A stretch of DNA of 32,000 nt, from NCBI RefSeq assembly GCF_000400465.1, contig NW_008806300.1, positions 30,001-62,000 on the forward strand. The letters are read 5' to 3'. Positions 23,233 through 32,000 of this stretch are shown piece by piece (position 1 is the first letter of the stretch; each line of letters opens with the position of its first letter). The DNA is from Wallemia ichthyophaga EXF-994 (Eukaryota; Fungi; Basidiomycota). The translations under genes and the position numbers were made by a program. The notes beneath the pieces were generated by a model. The model searched no databases. It was not told the DNA's origin and saw only the letters and a list, made by a program, of their open reading frames with translations.

Positions 23233-23298
23233 TTGATAGAAATAATAAATAAATTAATTAATAAAATAACTATTTTTAAAAATTTCAATTTAGTTTAA

Positions 23299-23370
23299 GA
23301 GCGGGTAGTTTAATGGTAGAACGTACAGCCGATAACTGTAAGGTATTAGGTTCAATTCCTTTCCGGCTCA
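23299..23370 (+). tRNA. trnI: tRNA-Ile(GAU)
   Basis: Anticodon stem TACAG/CTGTA, loop CC-GAT-AA; mismatches in the acceptor and T stems. Confidence 0.8.
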
Positions 23371-23430
23371 TTAAGACAAAATAGAATATAATATAAATTT
23401 ATATATTGATAGTAAATTAATTAAATATTG

Positions 23431-23502
23431 AAGGGTGTCGTACAACGGCAAGTATATCAAATTCCAAATTTGAGGATGGTGGTTCGATTCCGCCCACCCT
23501 TG
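23431..23502 (+). tRNA. trnW: tRNA-Trp(CCA)
   Basis: Acceptor AAGGGTG/CACCCTT, anticodon stem TCAAA/TTTGA, loop TT-CCA-AA. Confidence 0.93.
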
Positions 23503-23512
23503 TTTTATTGTA

Positions 23513-23548
23513 ATATAAGTATTATAAGTAATATAATAAATATAAGTA
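23513..23548 (+). promoter_or_regulatory. Three WTATAAGTA promoter-like nonamers upstream of rnl
   Basis: ATATAAGTA 23513-23521, TTATAAGTA 23522-23530, ATATAAGTA 23540-23548. Confidence 0.4.
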
Positions 23549-23821
23549 ATATTAATAGTAATAATACTAGTAAAACTTAATTATCTTTAATAGTTATTCA
23601 TACATTTGTAAATTTGAGGGTAAATCTTTTTTCTTATTCCTAAGTCATTCATACATAATTAAAATAAAAAATAATAATAAAAATATTAAATATAAAAAGG
23701 TTTAAAAATAATAATTAATAATAAATAAATATGTTAATTAATAAAGGTATCATAAAGCATATGGAAATAATTGTTAAGTAATTAAAGGATTTACGATGGA
23801 TGTCTTGAGGTCTAATTTTTG

Positions 23822-26800
23822 AGAGGTCAATAGTACCAAAAGTGTATTTAATTAATAGTTTTTAATACACATTCTCTGGTGAAAACTTTGTTTTATTTAC
23901 TTCGGGAACAGAATCATCTAATTACCGAAAGGAAAAGAAATCAACCGAGATATTGATAGTAACGGCGAGTGAATTCAATAAAGCCTTTCTAAAAATAAAT
24001 CAAATAATATTTTGGAATAAATAATTAAAAAATCAGTTTGAAACTGACAATATAAAGTGATAGTCTTATATTTGGTTTATTAATAGATATATAATAAGTA
24101 ATATGGGTAAAACTGTATGAATGTTCTTATAAATATAAGAATAAATAAGGAGTTATCATCTTCTAAGGCTAAATATGATTAGATCATCAATAGTGAAGAG
24201 TAACGTGAGTGAAAGATGAAAAGACAGTCGATGACTTGTGAAAAAGATCCTGAAATCGTAAATCTATAAGCAGTCAGAGTCTAATTAAAAAAATTGGATG
24301 ATGATGTACCTTTTGCATAATGAGTCAGCGAGTAAATATTAATAGCAAGATATAAAAGAAGTCCTAGTGAAAACGACTTAATCATTTTTAATGGTTATGG
24401 TAGAAGTTATTAATATTTGACCCGAAACCTTAAGATTTAGCCATGGTCAGATTTATTGGATCGAACAGGTGAGTGTTGCAAAACTCTCTGATGAACTGTG
24501 GCTGGCGAAGTGAAAGACAAATCTGTTGAGGATAGCTGGTTCTCCACGAAATATATCTTAGTATAGACTGTAAAGAAAAATTCTAATCCTGTACAGCACT
24601 GATATTCATATCATTTTTGATTAAATAGGGGGGTTTATTAAACTCTACCTTTGAATGTTAACCTCGGAATTGGTTAGAATGATATTACAGATTCAGACTA
24701 TTTGTGATAAGGTGGATAGTCAAAAGGGAAACAGCCCTGAACACATGTTAAAGTTCTTAAATTAATATTAAGTGAATGTAAGGATGTTTTAATTCGATGA
24801 CAGTTATGAAGTGTATCTGGAAGTCGTAATCTAATAATGAAAGTGTAACAACTCAATAACCTACTGGTATTTTATTTAGAAATAAATAATTTACTGAATT
24901 GAAGCGCCGAAAATTCATAGGATCTTTAAATATTATACTGATACTGTGTTTGCATATAAAAAGTATATGTAAGGTAGTGGAGTGTTCTATTATAGGACGA
25001 AGGTTAGTTTTTATATTAACTGGACTTAATAGAAGTAATAATGCTGATATGAGTAACGTAATAACAGGTTAAACCCTGTACCTCTTAAGCGATAGGTTTC
25101 TTATTAAATGTTAAACAGAATAAGTTTAAACGGTCTCTAAGGTAAATAAACTTATGTTTATGACTGATGAGGAATTTATATAAAAAGTTTTTCTTTAAAA
25201 ACTCAGGAAAATGTATAAATATTCACCGTACTAAAAACCGACACAGGTTCGCGCATAGAGTATATCAAGAGGTGAATCAATTACCCTTAAGGAACTCGGC
25301 AAATTGCACTCGTACGTTAGACAATAAGAGTGACCACACTAAGGGGTATCATACAATCGGGACCTGCGACTGTTTCCCAAAAACACAGATCTCTGCAACG
25401 ATTAATTTCTTAGTATAGGGATCGAGTCCTGCTCAGTGCCAAGACGCTAAATAGGTAACTCTAATTAATAGTTAGGGAAGACTTATAACGTCTGGTAATC
25501 AGCAGTCTTAACTAAAAGGATTCTAAGGTAGCTAAATTCCTTGGCAGAGGTCAATAGTACCAAAAGTGTATTTAATTAATAGTTTTTAATACACATTCTC
25601 TGGTGAAAACTTTGTTTTATTTACTTCGGGAACAGAATCATCTAATTACCGAAAGGAAAAGAAATCAACCGAGATATTGATAGTAACGGCGAGTGAATTC
25701 CATAAAGCCTTTCTAAAAATAAATCAAATAATATTTTGGAATAAATAATTAAAAAATCAGTTTGAAACTGACAATATAAAGTGATAGCCTTCTATTTGGT
25801 TTATTAATAGATATATAATAAGTAATATGGGTAAAACTGTATGAATGTTCTTATAAATATAAGAATAAATAAGGAGTTATCATCTTCTAAGGCTAAATAT
25901 GATTAGATCATCAATAGTGAAGAGTAACGTGAGTGAAAGATGAAAAGACAGTCGATGACTTGTGAAAAAGATCCTGAAATCGTAAATCTCTAAGCAGTCA
26001 GAGTCTAATTAAAAAAATTGGATGATGATGTACCTTTTGCATAATGAGTCAGCGAGTAAATATTAATAGCAAGATATAAAAGAAGTCCTAGTGAAAACGA
26101 CTTAATCATTTTTAATGGTTATGGTAGAAGTTATTAATATTTGACCCGAAACCTTAAGATTTAGCCATGGTCAGATTTATTGGATCGAACAGGTGAGTGT
26201 TGCAAAACTCTCTGATGAACTGTGGCTGGCGAAGTGAAAGACAAATCTGTTGAGGATAGCTGGTTCTCCACGAAATATATCTTAGTATAGACTGTAAAGA
26301 AAAATTCTAATCCTGTACAGCACTGATATTCATATCATTTTTGATTAAATAGGGGGGTTTATTAAACTCTACCTTTGAATGTTAACCTCGGAATTGGTTA
26401 GAATGATATTACAGATTCAGACTATTTGTGATAAGGTGGATAGTCAAAAGGGAAACAGCCCTGAACACATGTTAAAGTTCTTAAATTAATATTAAGTGAA
26501 TGTAAGGATGTTTTAATTCGATGACAGTTATGAAGTGTATCTGGAAGTCGTAATCTAATAATGAAAGTGTAACAACTCAATAACCTACTGGTATTTTATT
26601 TAGAAATAAATAATTTACTGAATTGAAGCGCCGAAAATTCATAGGATCTTTAAATATTATACTGATACTGTGTTTGCATATAAAAATTATATGTAAGGTA
26701 GTGGAGTGTTCTATTATAGGACGAAGGTTAGTTTTTATATTAACTGGACTTAATAGAAGTAATAATGCTGATATGAGTAACGTAATAACAGGTTAAACCC

Positions 26801-27269
26801 TGTACCTCTTAAGCGATAGGTTTCTTATTAAATGTTAAACAGAATAAGTTTAAACGGTCTCTAAGGTAAATAAACTTATGTTTATGACTGATGAGGAATT
26901 TATATAAAAAGTTTTTCTTTAAAAACTCAGGAAAATGTATAAATATTCACCGTACTAAAAACCGACACAGGTTCGCGCATAGAGTATATCAAGAGGTGAA
27001 TCAATTACCCTTAAGGAACTCGGCAAATTGCACTCGTACGTTAGACAATAAGAGTGACCACACTAAGTGGTATCATACAATCGGGACCTGCGACTGTTTC
27101 CCAAAAACACAGATCTCTGCAACGATTAATTTCTTAGTATAGGGATCGAGTCCTGCTCAGTGCCAAGACGCTAAATAGGTAACTCTAATTAATAGTTAGG
27201 GAAGACTTATAACGTCTGGTAATCAGCAGTCTTAACTAAAAGGATTCTAAGGTAGCTAAATTCCTTGGC
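23822..27269. repeat. Tandem duplication in rnl, 1724 bp unit (23822-25545 / 25546-27269)
   Basis: Offset 1724; blunt junction CTTGGC|AGAGG. Confidence 0.97.
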
Positions 27270-28513
27270 TGATGTACCTTTTGCATAATGAGTCAGCGAG
27301 TAAATATTAATAGCAAGATATAAAAGAAGTCCTAGTGAAAACGACTTAATCATTTTTAATGGTTATGGTAGAAGTTATTAATATTTGACCCGAAACCTTA
27401 AGATTTAGCCATGGTCAGATTTATTGGATCGAACAGGTGAGTGTTGCAAAACTCTCTGATGAACTGTGGCTGGCGAAGTGAAAGACAAATCTGTTGAGGA
27501 TAGCTGGTTCTCCACGAAATATATCTTAGTATAGACTGTAAAGAAAAATTCTAATCCTGTACAGCACTGATATTCATATCATTTTTGATTAAATAGGGGG
27601 GTTTATTAAACTCTACCTTTGAATGTTAACCTCGGAATTGGTTAGAATGATATTACAGATTCAGACTATTTGTGATAAGGTGGATAGTCAAAAGGGAAAC
27701 AGCCCTGAACACATGTTAAAGTTCTTAAATTAATATTAAGTGAATGTAAGGATGTTTTAATTCGATGACAGTTATGAAGTGTATCTGGAAGTCGTAATCT
27801 AATAATGAAAGTGTAACAACTCAATAACCTACTGGTATTTTATTTAGAAATAAATAATTTACTGAATTGAAGCGCCGAAAATTCATAGGATCTTTAAATA
27901 TTATACTGATACTGTGTTTGCATATAAAAATTATATGTAAGGTAGTGGAGTGTTCTATTATAGGACGAAGGTTAGTTTTTATATTAACTGGACTTAATAG
28001 AAGTAATAATGCTGATATGAGTAACGTAATAACAGGTTAAACCCTGTACCTCTTAAGCGATAGGTTTCTTATTAAATGTTAAACAGAATAAGTTTAAACG
28101 GTCTCTAAGGTAAATAAACTTATGTTTATGACTGATGAGGAATTTATATAAAAAGTTTTTCTTTTAAAACTCAGGAAAATGTATAAATATTCACCGTACT
28201 AAAAACCGACACAGGTTCGCGCATAGAGTATATCAAGAGGTGAATCAATTACCCTTAAGGAACTCGGCAAATTGCACTCGTACGTTAGACAATAAGAGTG
28301 ACCACACTAAGTGGTATCATACAATCGGGACCTGCGACTGTTTCCCAAAAACACAGATCTCTGCAACGATTAATTTCTTAGTATAGGGATCGAGTCCTGC
28401 TCAGTGCCAAGACGCTAAATAGGTAACTCTAATTAATAGTTAGGGAAGACTTATAACGTCTGGTAATCAGCAGTCTTAACTAAAAGGATTCTAAGGTAGC
28501 TAAATTCCTTGGC
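26026..28513. repeat. Tandem duplication in rnl, 1244 bp unit (26026-27269 / 27270-28513)
   Basis: Offset 1244; blunt junction CTTGGC|TGATG. Confidence 0.97.
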
Positions 28514-28773
28514 CTTAAGGAACTCGGCAAATTGCACTCGTACGTTAGACAATAAGAGTGACCACACTAAGTGGTATCATACAATCGGGACCTGCGACTG
28601 TTTCCCAAAAACACAGATCTCTGCAACGATTAATTTCTTAGTATAGGGATCGAGTCCTGCTCAGTGCCAAGACGCTAAATAGGTAACTCTAATTAATAGT
28701 TAGGGAAGTCTTATAACGTCTGGTAAACAGCAGTCTTAACTATAAGGATTCTAAGGTAGCGAAATTCCTTGGC
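28254..28773. repeat. Tandem duplication in rnl, 260 bp unit (28254-28513 / 28514-28773)
   Basis: Offset 260; junction CTTGGC|CTTAAGG; 4 substitutions between copies. Confidence 0.97.
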
Positions 28774-29253
28774 CACTAATTATGGTCCTGCATGAATGGA
28801 AGCACGATGGGTCCACTGTCTCAAGGGTAAGTTCAGTGAAATTGGAGTGGTCGTGAAGATACGATCTAACTGCAGATAGACGGGAAGACCCTATGCAGCT
28901 TTACTGCAGCTAACTATTGTAATAGTAAAAATTCCGTTCAGGGTAGATGGTAGTGTATATTAATTTATACACGTTGATGAGACACCATCCTTAATTTTTC
29001 ACTATTATTCACCTATTATTGGAACAGTAGTTAGTGGGTAGTTTGCTTGGGACGAGCTTCTCTTAAAAGGTATCAGAGAAATGCAAAGTAAAACCAAGTT
29101 CGGATGGAAACCGAAAGATTGTTGTAAATCTAAGTTAATGTAATAGTTTAAGTTTTGCTGACTGTGAGACAGATATGTCAATCAGGTACGCAAGTAGGTT
29201 ATAGTGATCCGCCAGTACCGTATGAGAGGGCTGGCGCTAATTAGATAAAAGCT

Positions 29254-29542
29254 AGGTCTTATAAAATAGAAAGTTTTATTCCCATATTTATTATCTAATA
29301 GATAAGACAAACCATAAAACAAATATAATTTTTTAAGCGTGGCCTTAATCACTGATTAAGAATATAATTTTATGCTAGAATGTACTAATATTTAGATAGC
29401 TAGTAATAATACTAAAAATGTTATATGAATAGTACAAATTAGCAGTTATAATAATTAATTAAGAGATTTTATATTATAGCTTATTTTTTATAAGTAAGTA
29501 TGAATAAATCCATGAATAATCTTTAAATAGATTTATAAATTG
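29254..29542 (+). mobile_element. rnl group IB intron, ORF-less, 289 bp, at about E. coli 23S 2437-2438
   Basis: Interrupts GATAAAAGCT|ACGCTAGGGATAACAG; P4/P5 tgctag..gtacta/tagtac..ttagca; P7 GATTT/AAATC; terminal G. Confidence 0.85.
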
Positions 29543-30507
29543 ACGCTAGGGATAACAGCTTTATCCCCGGAGAGAGTCCATATTGTCCCGGGGGCTTGAG
29601 ACCTCGATGTCGACTCATCCTAGCTCAGGTGTGCATCAGCACCTAAGAGTTCAACTGTTCGTTGATTAAAAGGGTACGCGAGTTGGGTTCAGTACGTCGT
29701 AAGACAGTACGTTCCCTATCTTCTGCAGTAACAATATGTTAATGTTAGAGCATTATCTAGTACGAAAGGACCGATAAATGATCTATCTCTGGTGACACAG
29801 TTGTAATTTTTATTGCATTTGCTGTTAAGCTAAATAGATTTGTGAGAAGTTCTGAATGCATCTTAAGAACGAAACCAACTAACGGAAACATACTATTCTA
29901 ATATATTTAGAATAAAAAGAGGAAGACTACCTCTATAGGCAAATAATGTTAATTCGTAAGAATGTAGTTTGTTTGTACTAATTTTTTATAAATGACTTAA
30001 CAATTACATATGCTCCATCTTATTAAAAAAAAGAAAACACAAAATAACACAAAAAATCTAAAATTTTTATAATCTAAAATTTAATAAATCTATATAAAGT
30101 GTACTATACTATATTAATTGGGTGTATAACTTGGTGTATTTTTATTGTCTTTGATATAGGTCATCCATACATATATAATATAAAATATTGCAATAGCAGA
30201 TAATAACAAAAATATCAGTAATAATATTTAACTTAGTAAAAATTATAACTACTATTATTTTTGTTAATTAAAAATTTATAATATAATAGTAGATGTTGGT
30301 ATATTTGTTATAAATGTTGTATATACATTAATATGTAATCCTTAACAGTATATTGTTAATTTATTATAATTCTTAATAGTGTATAGGTGTATATAAGATA
30401 ATACTTTAGTCATCAGCACATGATATAATTATGTTTGGTTTTAATTGTATATAAAAAATATAGGTAATGTCTCGTTAGTAGTCATCTCTAATTAAAGAGT
30501 ATGTTAA

Positions 30508-30742
<235 letters not shown>

Positions 30743-30744
<2 letters not shown>

Positions 30745-32000
30745 ATACCATCAATTTGATACTTCCATGTATCATTTCTAACAATATTTACTATTTAGTA
30801 TTTATTGTTAGTAGTCGTCTATACATATTATATATTTTAATTAGAGAGAAAAGAAAATAATTGTTTATAAAAAAATATAAAATTATAGGTATTAGGTTTA
30901 AATTTTTAAAAATCTATAGTACTTGTTACATTTTTATACGTTAATTGTTTGGAAAATATAAAAGTTTTGTACTTTAATAGATAATATCTGTTATTTGTAT
31001 TGTAGTTAAAGAAAAAAGATGATGAAAGGTTTTAACAAATACGGTTTCTACCCTTTGTCTCATTTCTAGTGTAAATCTTAGACAAAATCTGGATTTATGG
31101 ATGCAGGTTTATGGTAAAGGTGGTGTTTCTGCATGGTTAAATACTATTACTGGTGACCTTTATATTGGTAGAGATTTAAGAAGAGCATTAAGTTATCTAT
31201 CTGATTCTTATAAGAAAACTAATGCCAATACTAGAGTAGTCAAAAATATGGAATAAAATTTTAAGTTTTGTGTATTAGAAGAATTTGACAAATAGATAAA
31301 ATCTCGAATAAAGACACTTATGGTGAACTTAAAGTTTACAATAGTGCATTGATTATAGACGTCATGCATATCCTGATCTAACTAAATCTGAAAAGATGAT
31401 GGGTGATAAAAATCACTTTTTTGGTAATAAACATACGGATAGGCTATTCTTTCATAACAAATATAAAAACTCCAATTAGACCAAGTGTTGTAGTTGAATG
31501 GATTGATCTTAAAAATGAGGAAAAAGGAGTGCAAGTTAGTCTTTCTATTCACATATTAGGTAAGGATTGGGCTTGAAAACTAATATTCTAAAAGGACTGA
31601 AACAAGGTCAGGTAGATATAAAATTCTATCACATACTAATTCTGAAAATAGTAAGAAGTAGTATAGTGTATTTTATAAAATTATTATACCTAAAGTTTCA
31701 TCAGGTTGATATGTGTTGATATTTCTGATATTTATTTAAAAAAAAGATAAGATACCATCAATTTGATACTTTCATGTATCATTTCTAACAATATCTGCTA
31801 TTTAGTATTTATTTTTAATCGTCTATACATAATTATTAGATTTATTTACATTGCTATTATAGCAGATTAAAGAGAATAATTATTTATAATAAAAAATAAA
31901 AATTATAGGTATTGGATTTTAAATTTTTTTAATCTATTGTACTTGGAAACAAGTAATATTATACGTTAATTGTTTGGATTTATATAAAAGTTTATTACAA
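30743..32000 (+). repeat. Diverged direct repeat: 30743-~30972 and 31750-32000 (window edge)
   Basis: The first 45 nt match 44/45; collinear but indel-rich similarity continues for about 230-250 bp. Confidence 0.85.
31092..31440 (+). pseudogene. Degenerate free-standing GIY-YIG homing endonuclease (remnant may extend to ~31700)
   Basis: KGGVSAWLNTITGDLYIG (GIY tyrosine lost), NFKFCVLEE, NUMOD3-like GDKNHFFGNKHT; stop at 31254-31256 and frameshifts. Confidence 0.85.

Larger units (their letters stand above)
19842..23249. repeat. Tandem duplication, 1704 bp unit (19842-21545 / 21546-23249): 3' cox3 intron, cox3 exon 2 (copy 21666-21724), 5 tRNAs
   Basis: Offset 1704; differences noticed at 20046/21750 and 20060/21764; TAA microhomology at the junction. 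Confidence 0.97.
23771..30003 (+). rRNA. rnl: Mitochondrial large-subunit rRNA (about 2.7 kb after removing duplications and the intron)
   Basis: Terminal helix ttgttaagt/acttaacaa; H69 taactataa...ctaaggtagcgaaattcct; peptidyl-transferase centre gggataacag and cctcgatgtcg; sarcin-ricin tagtacgaaaggacc. Confidence 0.95.

Noticed and set aside
25167-25418. 83-aa ORF (and copy 26891-27142)
   Set aside because: Lies within conserved rnl sequence; chance frame.
30114-30227. 37-codon hydrophobic minus-strand frame (ILLLIFLLLSAIAIFYIIYVWMTY...)
   Set aside because: No ATG at the start, short, and hydrophobic frames are expected from AT-rich DNA.
31700-31749. Displaced degenerate atp9 3' coding end before repeat copy B
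   Set aside because: Similarity to the atp9 tail is too weak to distinguish from AT-rich chance.

Overview
AT-rich fungal mitochondrial DNA, most consistent with a basidiomycete (taxonomy is inference from Cox1/Cox3 sequence and a CCA tryptophan tRNA). Minus strand: nad4L, nad5, trnC/R/M/E. Plus strand: cox1 (10 exons, 9 group I introns, reconstructed 534 aa), atp8, cox3 (1 intron, 269 aa), tRNA clusters, rnl (1 intron), atp9 and a decayed GIY-YIG gene. About 13.9 kb (43%) of the window is near-identical repeated sequence: seven tandem units of 4701, 1128, 2119, 1704, 1724, 1244 and 260 bp, plus at least 1007 bp of nad5. The junctions have only 0-3 nt microhomology, and copy differences break universally conserved rRNA and Cox1 positions, so an assembly artefact is the most likely cause; read data are needed to decide. 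The most interesting signals independent of the duplications are: (1) a C-core motif (WWACCCCT) 24-50 nt after the stops of nad5, cox1, atp8 and cox3; (2) tandem WTATAAGTA promoter-like nonamers upstream of a tRNA cluster and of rnl; (3) essential cox1 group I mini-introns with no room for helix P8; (4) a cox3 intron with C-G instead of U.G at the 5' splice site; (5) an old diverged direct repeat starting at the atp9 stop and flanking the GIY-YIG remnant. All analysis was by eye; nothing was computed or searched.
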